From the NCBI RefSeq assembly GCF_017876815.1, contig NZ_JAGIOS010000001.1, positions 3,630,001 through 3,662,000 on the forward strand: a stretch of DNA of 32,000 nucleotides. The letters run 5' to 3'. The notes beneath the pieces are model-generated. The model had not been told where the DNA came from. It ran no database searches and was given only the letters and a program-made list of their open reading frames with translations. Numbering within the stretch: position 1 is the stretch's first letter; each line of letters starts with the position of its first letter. This stretch comes from Sinorhizobium meliloti. Lineage in GTDB: Bacteria; Pseudomonadota; Alphaproteobacteria; Rhizobiales; Rhizobiaceae. The position numbers were made by a program, and so were the translations under genes. Shown piece after piece: positions 1 through 11,630 of this stretch.

Positions 1-26
1 ATGTTGATTGGCATCGAACGACCCCC

Positions 27-1409
27 TTATTTGTAGCAGACGGCTTTCACCGCATCGACGACTTCCGCGACATTCGGCAGAGCAAGCTTTTCAAGGTTGG
101 CCGCGTAAGGCATCGGCACGTCCTTGCCGGCGATCGTCAGGATCGGCGCATCGAGATAGTCGAAGGCCTGCTGCATGACGCGGGTGGCGATCTCGGTGCC
201 GACGGAGGACTGAGGATATCCTTCCTCGACGGTGACGAGGCGGCCGGTCTTCTTGACGGACTCGATGACGGTCGGCAGGTCCATCGGCCGGATCGTGCGA
301 AGGTCGATGATCTCGACGTCGATACCCTGCGCCTCGAGTTCCGCCGCGGCCTTGATCGCATAGGTCATGCCGATGCCGAAGGAGACGAGCGTCGCGTCCT
401 TGCCGGTACGATGGATGCGTGCCTTGCCGATCGGCAGCACGAAATCGTCGAGCTTCGGCACTTCGAAGGACTGGCCGTAAAGGATCTCGTTTTCGAGGAA
501 GATCACCGGGTTCGGATCGCGGATGGCGGCCTTGAGCAGCCCCTTCGCGTCCGCCGCCGTATAGGGCATAACGACCTTCAGGCCCGGAATGTGGCTGTAC
601 CAGGCGGCATAGCACTGGGAGTGCTGCGCGGCGACGCGGGCTGCAGCACCGCTCGGACCGCGGAAGACGATCGGCGCGCCCATCTGGCCGCCGGACATAT
701 AGAGCGTCTTAGCGGCCGAGTTGATGATCTGGTCGATCGCCTGCATGGCGAAGTTGAACGTCATGAACTCGACGATCGGGCGCAGACCCGTCATCGCCGC
801 GCCGACGCCGACGCCGGCAAAGCCATGTTCCGTGATCGGCGTGTCGACCACGCGGCGCGCACCGAATTCCTGCAACAGGCCCTGCGTGACCTTGTAGGCG
901 CCCTGGTATTCGGCGACCTCTTCGCCCATGACGAAGACGTCCTCATTGGCGCGCATCTCTTCGGCCATCGCGTCGCGAAGCGCTTCGCGGACGGTCATCG
1001 TCGCCATTTCGGTTCCGGCCGGAATTGCCGGGTCGGAAGGAACGTCCGCCTTGGGCTGCGCCGCGACGGGCGCCGCGGAAGCAGCCGGCGCTTCAGCCGC
1101 GGCCGGCTTAGGCGTTTCCGCTTTCGGGGCTTCGGTTTTCATGGAATCGATGTCGCTTGCGGCTTCGCCATCCTGCAACAGGACGGCGATCGGCGTGTTC
1201 ACCTTCACACCCTCGGTGCCGGCTGCGATCAGCAGCTTGCCGATCGTGCCTTCGTCTACCGCTTCCACTTCCATCGTGGCCTTGTCGGTTTCGATTTCCG
1301 CGATGACATCGCCGGAGGACACCTTGTCCCCCTCGTTCTTCAGCCACTTGGAGAGCGTGCCTTCCTCCATGGTCGGGGAAAGGGCAGGCATAAGGATTTC
1401 TACAGGCAT
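27..1409 (-). CDS. pdhB: pyruvate dehydrogenase E1 beta subunit with N-terminal lipoyl domain
   Basis: N-terminus [23 protein letters not shown]...[12 protein letters not shown] is a lipoyl-attachment domain. An Ala/Pro linker follows, then a transketolase-like E1-beta body ([31 protein letters not shown]). ATG at 1409 follows GGGAGGG; the track start at 1430 is a TTG extension. Confidence 0.93.
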   Translation of the reverse strand: MPVEILMPALSPTMEEGTLSKWLKNEGDKVSSGDVIAEIETDKATMEVEAVDEGTIGKLLIAAGTEGVKVNTPIAVLLQDGEAASDIDSMKTEAPKAETPKPAAAEAPAASAAPVAAQPKADVPSDPAIPAGTEMATMTVREALRDAMAEEMRANEDVFVMGEEVAEYQGAYKVTQGLLQEFGARRVVDTPITEHGFAGVGVGAAMTGLRPIVEFMTFNFAMQAIDQIINSAAKTLYMSGGQMGAPIVFRGPSGAAARVAAQHSQCYAAWYSHIPGLKVVMPYTAADAKGLLKAAIRDPNPVIFLENEILYGQSFEVPKLDDFVLPIGKARIHRTGKDATLVSFGIGMTYAIKAAAELEAQGIDVEIIDLRTIRPMDLPTVIESVKKTGRLVTVEEGYPQSSVGTEIATRVMQQAFDYLDAPILTIAGKDVPMPYAANLEKLALPNVAEVVDAVKAVCYK

Positions 1410-1426
1410 GTTTGTCCCTCCCCGGA

Positions 1427-2473
1427 TCAAAGCAGGATATCGGTATAGAGCTCGGAGACATCCGGCTCCGGATCAGACTGGGCGAAATCGGCACTGTCCG
1501 CAACGATGTCGCGAACCTCCTTGTCGATCTGCTTCAGTTCGTCCTCGGTGGCCCAGCCTTTATCCGTCAGGCGGGCCTTCACCTGCTCGATCGGATCATG
1601 CTCCGAACGCATCTTCTGCACTTCATCCTTCGAGCGATACTTCGCCGGATCGGACATGGAATGGCCGCGATAGCGGTAGGTCAGCATTTCGAGGATGATC
1701 GGGCCCTTGCCGGAACGGCAATGTTCGACCGCCTCGTCGGCTGCGGCCTTGACGGCGCGGACATCCATGCCGTCGACCTGATAGCCGGGAATGCCGAAGG
1801 AAGCGCCGCGCTGGGAGAAATCGGTCTGCGCCGATGCCCGCGACACGGAGGTACCCATGGCATAACGGTTGTTCTCGACGATGTAGATCACCGGCAGTTT
1901 CCAGAGAGCGGCCATGTTGAAGCTCTCATAGACCTGACCCTGGTTGGCGGCACCGTCGCCGAAATAGGCAAGGCTTACATTGTCGTTGCCGCGGTATCTG
2001 TTGGCGAAAGCGAGGCCGGTCCCGAGCGAGACCTGTGCACCGACGATGCCGTGCCCGCCATAGAAATGCTTTTCCTTGGAGAACATGTGCATAGAGCCGC
2101 CCTTCCCCTTGGAAAGACCGCCACGGCGCCCGGTGAGCTCCGCCATCACGCCGCGCGCACTCATGCCGCAGGCGAGCATATGGCCATGGTCGCGATAGCC
2201 GGTGATGACCTGGTCGCCCTCTTTCAGCGCCAGCTGCATCCCGACGACGACGGCTTCCTGACCGATATAGAGGTGACAGAAACCACCGATGAATCCCATG
2301 CCGTAGAGCTGGCCGGCCTTTTCCTCGAAACGCCGGATCAACAGCATTTCCCGGTAGGCCTTGAGATCGTCTTCCTTGGAGAATTCGGCGATCGTGCCGC
2401 CGGCAAAATCTTTCTTGGCCGGCTTGGCAGCGGTCTTGCGGCTGGAAACGGACGCGGATTTTCGCGGAGCCAT
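1427..2473 (-). CDS. pdhA: pyruvate dehydrogenase E1 alpha subunit
   Basis: 348 aa with TPP-dependent E1-alpha motifs ([44 protein letters not shown]). GGGAGGA lies before the ATG. Its stop is 17 nt upstream of the pdhB start. Confidence 0.93.
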   Translation of the reverse strand: MAPRKSASVSSRKTAAKPAKKDFAGGTIAEFSKEDDLKAYREMLLIRRFEEKAGQLYGMGFIGGFCHLYIGQEAVVVGMQLALKEGDQVITGYRDHGHMLACGMSARGVMAELTGRRGGLSKGKGGSMHMFSKEKHFYGGHGIVGAQVSLGTGLAFANRYRGNDNVSLAYFGDGAANQGQVYESFNMAALWKLPVIYIVENNRYAMGTSVSRASAQTDFSQRGASFGIPGYQVDGMDVRAVKAAADEAVEHCRSGKGPIILEMLTYRYRGHSMSDPAKYRSKDEVQKMRSEHDPIEQVKARLTDKGWATEDELKQIDKEVRDIVADSADFAQSDPEPDVSELYTDILL

Positions 2474-2505
2474 TCGTTCCTCCCAATGGTTAGCCTTTGG
2501 CGGCT

Positions 2506-2534
2506 ACCATAGGGAAAGAAAAGCGCGGCAGCAA
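2506..2534 (-). promoter_or_regulatory. candidate sigma70-type promoter for pdhA, overlapping a palindrome
   Basis: Minus strand reads TTGCTG-N17-TATGGT about 35 nt before the pdhA ATG. It is embedded in hairpin GCGCG..GCCAT-N6-ATGGC..CGCGC (2523-2563), which on the minus strand is followed by UUUUCUUUCC and could also terminate ftsB. Confidence 0.3.
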
Positions 2535-2609
2535 TGCCATATTTGCATGGCTATTATTCGCGCCAACCATTTGAAATTTAACGTCTTTTTTAATTTAACC
2601 TATTTTCAG

Positions 2610-2930
2610 TTAATTCGCTGGGTGGTGGAAAATAACGATCTCGTCGCTGCGCGACATGTTGAGCGCGAGGCGAGCCTTCTCATCCAGCATGTCTCTCTCC
2701 AGCGAACCGTCGCTCATCAGCTCGACTTCCTTTTCCAGGATTTTTCGCGTCTGAGTGAGCTCGTCCAGCCGTGCCTGCCGCTCGGCAATCTGGCGGTCGA
2801 ACTCCTTCGTCGCCTCCAGACCATAGCCGCCATGGATCGAATGATAGCCGAAATAGGAAAGGAAGGCGACCGCCAGCAACGGCACCACCAATCGCCCCAG
2901 TCTTCGCTTCTTGTGATGCCGTGTCCACAT
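2610..2930 (-). CDS. ftsB: septum formation initiator (FtsB/DivIC family)
   Basis: 106 aa. It has a basic N-terminus, one TM helix (LVVPLLAVAFLSYFGYHSI), then a coiled-coil (IAERQARLDELTQTRKILEKEVELM), which is the typical FtsB/DivIC architecture. Confidence 0.75.
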   Translation of the reverse strand: MWTRHHKKRRLGRLVVPLLAVAFLSYFGYHSIHGGYGLEATKEFDRQIAERQARLDELTQTRKILEKEVELMSDGSLERDMLDEKARLALNMSRSDEIVIFHHPAN

Positions 2931-3132
2931 CGCTCATGCCCTGAATTGAGTTGGAGCGGGCTGCAGGAGAAACTGCAAACCATAATCCCGCGCCCGCTCC
3001 AATACGCAGTACGAATATGAAGACTAGCGTCGATTGATTAACCGACGGTTGACCATGAATAATTTGCGAATGGAGAGGGAATTCGGAGGACGGAGCGCCG
3101 TCGGCCGGCCATCGGCCATGAAATCGCGGCGG

Positions 3133-3669
3133 CCCCTCATCCGCCTGCCGGCACCTTCTCCCCGCAAGCGGGGCGAAGGGACTCGTAGCGCCGCCGCTTG
3201 TCCCTTCTCCCCGTCAGAACGCTACGGCATGCACATATCTCTTGTTGTCCAGCCCTTCGCGGACTTACTCCGGAGTGGCGGCATCTGTATTTCCAGCAGT
3301 GGCGAGGCTTGCGGATGGGTCCTTGGGATCAAACCCGTATGCGCTGACATTGGCATTAGCGGTCACCCGCCCCTCATCCGCCTGCCGGCACCTTCTCCCC
3401 GCAGGCGGGGAGAAGGGACAAGCGGCGCCAACTGAACCCCGCATTCACCGTCCGCCCGAGGGCGCGAGCGGGCGCGGCATATCCCTTCTCCCCGCCTGCG
3501 GAGAAGGTGGCGGCAGCCGGTTGAGGGGCAACCGAGACCGAGCGGGGTTGAGCCGGTTGGGTTCCCGAGGGATCCCTTTCATCAGCAGTATCCGCCGCCC
3601 CGGCGCGCAAGAGATATGTGCATGCCGTAGCGTCAGAACGGGGAGAAGGTCGCGGCAGGCGGATGAGAG
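3133..3669. repeat. composite nested cluster of Rhizobiaceae intergenic palindromic repeats (RIME-like)
   Basis: Units CCCCTCATCCGCCTGCCGGCACCTTCTCCCCGC..GGGG.GAAGGGACAAGC occur at 3133-3182(+), 3370-3423(+), 3483-3529(-) and 3640-3669(-, truncated). A 24-nt core GCTACGGCATGCACATATCTCTTG at 3221-3244 has its exact reverse complement at 3608-3631. Confidence 0.85.
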
Positions 3670-3698
3670 GCGGAAAACTACCCCCGCCCCGCCTTCAA

Positions 3699-5018
<1,320 letters not shown>

Positions 5019-5039
5019 TCACGGCCTTGAAATTACAAT

Positions 5040-5097
5040 GGCGCCGGGATCGCAAAATCCGGACCGCCGGGCCGCTTCATGAAAAATTCACGAAGCG
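5040..5097 (-). terminator. two tandem hairpins downstream of kdsA (weak terminator candidate)
   Basis: Hairpin 1 is CGCTTC.TGAA-AAA-TTCA.GAAGCG (5073-5097). Hairpin 2 is GGCG/CGCC plus CCGGG/TCCGG (5040-5068). The tract after them on the minus strand is only moderately U-rich (AUUGUAAUUUC). Confidence 0.3.
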
Positions 5098-5107
5098 CGG
5101 CACCGGC

Positions 5108-5953
5108 TCACGCTTTCGCAACCGCGTCAAAGGCGAGCAGTTTCTCAAGCAGCCGCGGCATGTCCTTCAGCGGCACCATGTTCGGACCGTCGGAGGGAGC
5201 ATTGTCGGGATCCTCATGGGTCTCGACAAAGACACCGGCGACACCGACGGCGACGGCCGCACGCGCCAATGTCTCGACGAACTCACGCTGGCCGCCGGTG
5301 GAGCCTCCCTGGCCGCCCGGCTGCTGCACGGAATGGGTCGCATCGAAGACCACCGGAGCGCCGAGTGCCGCCATGATCGGCAGCGAGCGCATGTCGGAGA
5401 CCAGCGTGTTATAGCCGAAGGAAGCGCCGCGCTCGCAGAGAAGCACGTTCGGGTTGCCGCTCTCGGTGAACTTGGCAAGGACGTTCTTCATGTCCCAGGG
5501 GGCGAGGAACTGGCCCTTCTTGACGTTGATCGTCCGCCCCGTCTTGGCGGCGGCGACGAGCAGATCCGTCTGCCGTGACAGAAAGGCCGGGATCTGCAGG
5601 ATGTCGACGGTCTCGGCCACGGCAGCGCATTGCTCTTCCGTATGGATATCGGTCAGCACCGGAAAACCGAACTCCCGCTTGAGGTCGGCGAAGACCTCCA
5701 TCGCCTTGTCGAGCCCGATGCCGCGTTTGCCGGAAAGCGAGGTGCGGTTCGCCTTGTCGAACGAAGATTTATAGACGAGTCCGAGCCCGAGCGATCTGCA
5801 GAGCTCGACGAGCTCCCCCGCAATCATGAAGGCGTGTTCGCGGCTCTCCATCTGGCAGGGTCCGGCGATCAGCGTCAGCCGTTCCTTCTGCGAGAACACC
5901 ACCTGGCCGGCACCTTCGCCGACGACGACCCTTGAATTGGTTTCCATCATCAT
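5108..5953 (-). CDS. kdsA: 3-deoxy-8-phosphooctulonate synthase (KDO8P synthase)
   Basis: 281 aa with [33 protein letters not shown] motifs. Three consecutive ATGs lie at 5953/5950/5947 directly after GGAGG. The third has the best spacing, so the start is uncertain by 6 nt. Confidence 0.93.
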   Translation of the reverse strand: MMMETNSRVVVGEGAGQVVFSQKERLTLIAGPCQMESREHAFMIAGELVELCRSLGLGLVYKSSFDKANRTSLSGKRGIGLDKAMEVFADLKREFGFPVLTDIHTEEQCAAVAETVDILQIPAFLSRQTDLLVAAAKTGRTINVKKGQFLAPWDMKNVLAKFTESGNPNVLLCERGASFGYNTLVSDMRSLPIMAALGAPVVFDATHSVQQPGGQGGSTGGQREFVETLARAAVAVGVAGVFVETHEDPDNAPSDGPNMVPLKDMPRLLEKLLAFDAVAKA

Positions 5954-6840
5954 CCTCCAAAGGCGAAGACTACACCCTGACCCGGCGCTTCCGGAACAAT
6001 GAGGCGTCCGCCCATTTCTGCGAATTCGATATCGTTCTGCGCGAACAGCGCCCGCGTGGCCTCCAGATCGCTCACGCGGAAGACCACGGCGCGACCCCGC
6101 AAGCCGCGCTCTGCACCCTCGATCGAGCGACCGAAGAATGCCTCCACGCCGGCCGGGGTCAGGACGTTGATTTTGGCACTGCCTGCCTGGATGTCCATGC
6201 CGAAGGAATGGGCCGAGACCTCGCGCTCGTCCACGGCTTCCTGCAGAAGATACTGGAAATCCGTCGGGTTCTGCTCCGAAAGCACGACCTCGGCAATGCC
6301 GAGCACGCCGTTTCCATGGCGGTGAAGCGAGCTGCTGTCGACCGGCAGCGCACGCAGGCGCTGGCAGGCAAAAAGGAAAAAGTCCGGCGAACGCAGGTCC
6401 GCGGCAAAGGAAAGCCGGAAGGAACCGAGCCCTTCGCGCCCGTCGGGCAGCCGCAAAGGCCGTGAGAATTCGAGCATTTCGCCGCCGGAGATGCCGCGCG
6501 AGCGGAAACGGATGTGATCTTCGGCAGCGTCCGGCGTCCCGAGCACGACGGCCGACAGGCCCTCCGCCCCCTGGCGAAAACGAAACGCCTGGTCACGCGC
6601 CACGAAGGCGTTGCCTTCAAGCGCGGCTGCCTCGCATTCCTCCCGCGAAGCGACCGCGAGCGGCTCCAGATAGGTGTCGTCCGAGAAGAAGACGCAGGCA
6701 TTTGCGGTGCCGAAGGGGTGGCGCGCCTCATCGGCAACCGTGAAGCCGAGCGCCGCCAGGCGCTGCCTCGTCCGCGCGAGATCGGCCACCGGCAGCACGA
6801 GATGATCGAGCGGGCGGGCGGTTCGCTTGGATTGGCTCAT
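5950..6840 (-). CDS. VOC (glyoxalase/bleomycin-resistance/dioxygenase-like) family protein, two-domain
   Basis: 296 aa. It begins with [24 protein letters not shown], and a second repeat is [15 protein letters not shown]...[14 protein letters not shown]. Its stop overlaps the first kdsA ATG (ATGA). Confidence 0.6.
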   Translation of the reverse strand: MSQSKRTARPLDHLVLPVADLARTRQRLAALGFTVADEARHPFGTANACVFFSDDTYLEPLAVASREECEAAALEGNAFVARDQAFRFRQGAEGLSAVVLGTPDAAEDHIRFRSRGISGGEMLEFSRPLRLPDGREGLGSFRLSFAADLRSPDFFLFACQRLRALPVDSSSLHRHGNGVLGIAEVVLSEQNPTDFQYLLQEAVDEREVSAHSFGMDIQAGSAKINVLTPAGVEAFFGRSIEGAERGLRGRAVVFRVSDLEATRALFAQNDIEFAEMGGRLIVPEAPGQGVVFAFGG

Positions 6841-6929
6841 GGCGGATTCCCTGATGACCGGTTTGCCGCTGTTTGCAACTTTTGACCGCCGATTGCAAGC
6901 GCGGCGGCGGGGCGCCCGGCACCGTGACC

Positions 6930-6963
6930 GGAAATGCGAACGGCCGCCTCTTGCAGGCGGCCG
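6930..6963 (-). terminator. intrinsic terminator candidate downstream of pyrG
   Basis: 9-bp GC stem CGGCCGCCT / AGGCGGCCG (6941-6949 / 6955-6963) with a 5-nt loop. On the minus strand it is followed by UUCGCAUUUCC. It lies 30 nt after the pyrG stop. Confidence 0.5.
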
Positions 6964-6992
6964 CAGAAGTGATTGCCCGTTCGGTGATCCGG

Positions 6993-8696
<1,704 letters not shown>

Positions 8697-8710
8697 GGCA
8701 GATTTCACAC

Positions 8711-8743
8711 AAAACAAAACCGGCGGATGAAGGCATCCGCCGG
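8711..8743 (-). terminator. rho-independent terminator downstream of secG
   Basis: Minus strand has CCGGCGGAUG-CCUU-CAUCCGCCGG (10-bp perfect stem) followed by UUUUGUUUUG. It lies 21 nt after the secG stop. Confidence 0.85.
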
Positions 8744-8764
8744 CAGATCTTCTGATTTGCGGCC

Positions 8765-9250
8765 TTACTGACCGCTCGGAACCTGCGATCCCGTATTGCC
8801 GTTGGCGCCATCAGCCGGGGCTGCGGGGGCCGGAGCGGCAGGTGCGGCACCTGCCGGGGCCTGAGGCGCGGCAGTGCCACCTGCCGGTGCGGCGTTGTTG
8901 GCGCCGTTGCCATTGGCCGGAGCCTCGGTGTTTCCGCCGGCCGGTGCGGGCTGACCGCCACCGAGCGAATCGAGTACCCCGCCGCTCGAGCTCGTTCCCG
9001 GGATTCGATCGAGAATGTCGGTCGCCTGCGGCTCGTAGCGCGACAGGATGCCCATCGCCAGCGCCAGGGCGAAGAAAAGGAAGGCCAGAACCGCGGTCGT
9101 TCGGGTCAGCGCATTGGCCGTGCCACGCGCGGACATGAAGCCCGAGCCGCCGCCGATCCCGAGACCGCCGCCTTCGGAACGCTGAATGAGAACGACGCCG
9201 ATCAGGGCGACGACCACCATGAGATAGATGACGAGTAGTACGGTCTGCAT
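8765..9250 (-). CDS. secG: preprotein translocase subunit SecG with low-complexity C-terminal tail
   Basis: The start is MQTVLLVIYLMVVVALIGVVLIQRSEGGGLG, followed by a second TM helix (AVLAFLFFALALAMGIL). An A/P/G/N-rich tail of about 80 aa follows. The ATG at 9250 is preferred over the track start at 9280. Confidence 0.85.
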   Translation of the reverse strand: MQTVLLVIYLMVVVALIGVVLIQRSEGGGLGIGGGSGFMSARGTANALTRTTAVLAFLFFALALAMGILSRYEPQATDILDRIPGTSSSGGVLDSLGGGQPAPAGGNTEAPANGNGANNAAPAGGTAAPQAPAGAAPAAPAPAAPADGANGNTGSQVPSGQ

Positions 9251-9372
9251 CAGCTTCCAGTCCTGCCCTCTGCGGGGCATGCGAATCGAACGACGCCGGC
9301 CTCACCGTGGGGCCGCGTCAAATTTGGCGCCTCTTTATACCAAGCCGCCAGCTATTCCAAGTCCCGCGGCAA

Positions 9373-10143
9373 TCAGGCAGTCAATTCTTCATAGGCCCTG
9401 TAGATGGCGAGGAAATCATCGGCTTTCAAGCTCGCGCCGCCGATCAGGGCGCCGTCGACATTGGCAACGCCCATGAGTTCCTTCGCATTCGAGGGCTTGA
9501 CGGAACCTCCATAGAGGATGCGCATCTTGCCGCCTTCCGCGCCGAAGCGCGAGACGAGCTCGCGGCGCATGAAGGCGTGCGCCTCCTCGACGTCGGACAC
9601 GGTGGGCGTCAGGCCGGTGCCGATCGCCCACACGGGTTCGTAGGCAATCACGGTATTTTCGGCCGTCGCCTGATCCGGCAGGCTCTCGGAGAGCTGGCGC
9701 TTCAGAATATCGAGCGTCCGGCCGGCCTTGCGCTCCTCTTCCGTCTCACCGACGCAAACGATCGCGACGAGATCCGCTCCATGCGCGGCCTCCGTCTTGG
9801 CACGCACCAGTGCGTCGCCTTCGCCATGATCGGTGCGCCGTTCGGAATGGCCGACGATCACATGCGTGCCGAAGCAATCGGCGACCATTTCAGCCGAGAC
9901 TTCGCCGGTATGGGCTCCCGACTGTTTCTGGTGGCAGTCCTGCGCCCCGATCATCAAAGGGCTGTCGTCGCAAAGCGCGGTCGCAACGTAAAGCAATGTG
10001 GCGGGCGGGCAGATCAGGGCGTCAACCCTCGCGGAAAGGTCGCCTTTGACGCCCTCGGCCATTGCCTTGATCTGGTCCAGAGACGCACGTGTTCCATTCA
10101 TCTTCCAGTTGCCGGCGACGAGCGGGCGGATATCGGGCGTCAT
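9373..10143 (-). CDS. tpiA: triose-phosphate isomerase
   Basis: 256 aa with [35 protein letters not shown] motifs. GGAGGAG RBS. Confidence 0.96.
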   Translation of the reverse strand: MTPDIRPLVAGNWKMNGTRASLDQIKAMAEGVKGDLSARVDALICPPATLLYVATALCDDSPLMIGAQDCHQKQSGAHTGEVSAEMVADCFGTHVIVGHSERRTDHGEGDALVRAKTEAAHGADLVAIVCVGETEEERKAGRTLDILKRQLSESLPDQATAENTVIAYEPVWAIGTGLTPTVSDVEEAHAFMRRELVSRFGAEGGKMRILYGGSVKPSNAKELMGVANVDGALIGGASLKADDFLAIYRAYEELTA

Positions 10144-10401
10144 GGGATCTCCTCCAGATCAGGTCTCTTCGTCTCGGCAAGCGGCGTAGCAAATCGCTCG
10201 CGTAAAAAAAAGCACCCAGGCGGATTATTCCGGCGCCGGCGGTACAAGCTCTGCGGAATACGTCGCCCCATAACGCTTTGCCGGCTGTCCGGCCAAATGG
10301 CGAATCGACCGGGCGAAAGCGAATAAAAACGAGGCCGCGGGCGTCTAATCGGAGACGCTCTACCATCACGTAGACGTACGCGCCGGGCGTCGGAGTCTGC
10401 C

Positions 10402-11028
10402 ATGCTGCGCAACAGCGAGAACGGGTTCGGAACGGTGACGATCGCCCTTCACTGGACGATCGCGGTTCTGATCCTCGGGCTCATCCTCGCCGGCTTCGTC
10501 ATGCGGCGCATCGAGATCGACCCGGGTCTGCAGTTCTCCCTTTACCAGTGGCACAAGTCGTTCGGCTTCACCGCTTTGGGACTGGCTGCGTTTCGGATGC
10601 TCTGGTGGCTCGTGGAAACCAGCCCGGCAGCTTCTCCGACCCTTGGCCCGATGGAGCACATGGCCGCACGGGCCACGCATCTGTCGCTCATCGCGCTCGC
10701 ACTCCTCGTGCCGCTGTCCGGCTGGGCGGTCGTGTCCGTCTCGACGCTGGCGATCCCGAGCTTCTATTTCAACTTGATCATCATTCCGCATCTGCCGCTC
10801 CCGAAATCCGGGACTTCGGAAGCGTTCTGGGCCCTCGCCCATGCAATGCTCGCCTATGTGACGCTTGGCCTGGTCGCGATCCACGCGGCGGCGGCATTCT
10901 ATCACCATCTCGTGCGGCGCGACTTGGTGCTCATCCGCATGCTTCGCTCCGGGTCGATGCCGCGCACCGGCAGCACCGTCAAGACTTCCGGAAAGGACGA
11001 CACCGTTGTCGAGAGGAAACGAATATGA
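10402..11028 (+). CDS. cytochrome b561 family protein
   Basis: 208 aa with four predicted TM helices and conserved His residues (IALHWTIAVL, YQWHKSFG, LAHAMLAY, AIHAAAAFYHH). Confidence 0.8.
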   Translation: MLRNSENGFGTVTIALHWTIAVLILGLILAGFVMRRIEIDPGLQFSLYQWHKSFGFTALGLAAFRMLWWLVETSPAASPTLGPMEHMAARATHLSLIALALLVPLSGWAVVSVSTLAIPSFYFNLIIIPHLPLPKSGTSEAFWALAHAMLAYVTLGLVAIHAAAAFYHHLVRRDLVLIRMLRSGSMPRTGSTVKTSGKDDTVVERKRI

Positions 11029-11630
11029 CCAGCTCAGGCAAGCAGTCCATGGCAGTGACCCTGCCGCTTTCGCTCCTCGCCCTTGCCCTCGCAGGGACGC
11101 CGGTTGCGGGGGCGAAAGCGCCGGCGCTTGCGGATGCTGCCGGGACCTACCGCATCGCGAGCTCGTCGAGGATCCAGTTCAGCGTTGGACAAGTGGGTGG
11201 CAGCGGCGGCATTGCCGGCAGCTTCACTAAATTCTCGGGCATATTCCGGATCGATGGCGACGACGTCGGGCGATCCTCCGTGGAGTTCACGCTTTTTCCG
11301 GAGAGCGTAAGGTCCACCGAGCGCCGGATCGAGGACTTCCTGCGCTCCAGCGCAGTGTTCGATGCAGCCAACCACAGGACCGTGACCTTCCGCTCCACCG
11401 GCGTCAGCCAGACCGGCCCGGATGCCGCAACGATCGAGGGCGTTCTCACCGCCCGCGGCAAGAGCCGCAAGGAGCGCTTCGACGTGAGGCTCACCGATTG
11501 GAACAGGCGCTCGATTTCCTTCACGATCCGCGGCAGCATCCGCCGCTCGCCCTACGGCATGACCGTCGGGACGCCCATTTACTCCAACGTCGTGGAGTTC
11601 GACATGAACATAAGAGGGCAGAAGCGTTAG
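11025..11630 (+). CDS. yceI: YceI family periplasmic protein
   Basis: The ATG overlaps the b561 stop (ATGA). It has a signal peptide (AVTLPLSLLALALAGTPVAGA) and a YceI-like body (YRIASSSRIQFSV, FTKFSGIF, LTARGKSR). The b561-YceI pairing is a known arrangement. Confidence 0.8.
   Translation: MTSSGKQSMAVTLPLSLLALALAGTPVAGAKAPALADAAGTYRIASSSRIQFSVGQVGGSGGIAGSFTKFSGIFRIDGDDVGRSSVEFTLFPESVRSTERRIEDFLRSSAVFDAANHRTVTFRSTGVSQTGPDAATIEGVLTARGKSRKERFDVRLTDWNRRSISFTIRGSIRRSPYGMTVGTPIYSNVVEFDMNIRGQKR

Noticed and set aside
411-2512. Plus-strand ORFs 411..1448, 928..1698 and 1412..2512, opposite pdhB/pdhA
   Set aside because: They are antisense to unmistakable PDH E1 genes, have Arg/His/Gly-rich low-complexity composition, and lack RBS or domain signatures.
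3038-3053. CtrA-box-like TTAA-N7-TTGAC upstream of ftsB, and TTAA-N8-TTAA at 2578-2593
   Set aside because: Each has one mismatch or one extra spacer nucleotide relative to TTAA-N7-TTAAC. Such near-matches are expected by chance in AT-rich spacers, and I cannot evaluate them without comparative or ChIP data.
3133-3669. Possible CRISPR array, because a motif of about 50 nt recurs
   Set aside because: The copies are in mixed orientation, irregularly spaced and individually palindromic, with no cas genes nearby. They are dispersed REP/RIME-type elements, also present at 21544-21706.
10144-10401. tpiA / cytochrome b561 divergent spacer (A8 run, CCGGCGCCGG palindrome, ATTCCG...CGGAAT pair) as an RNA element
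   Set aside because: Only short or widely separated pairings are present, with no terminator geometry and no recognisable motif. It is treated as ordinary divergent promoter DNA.
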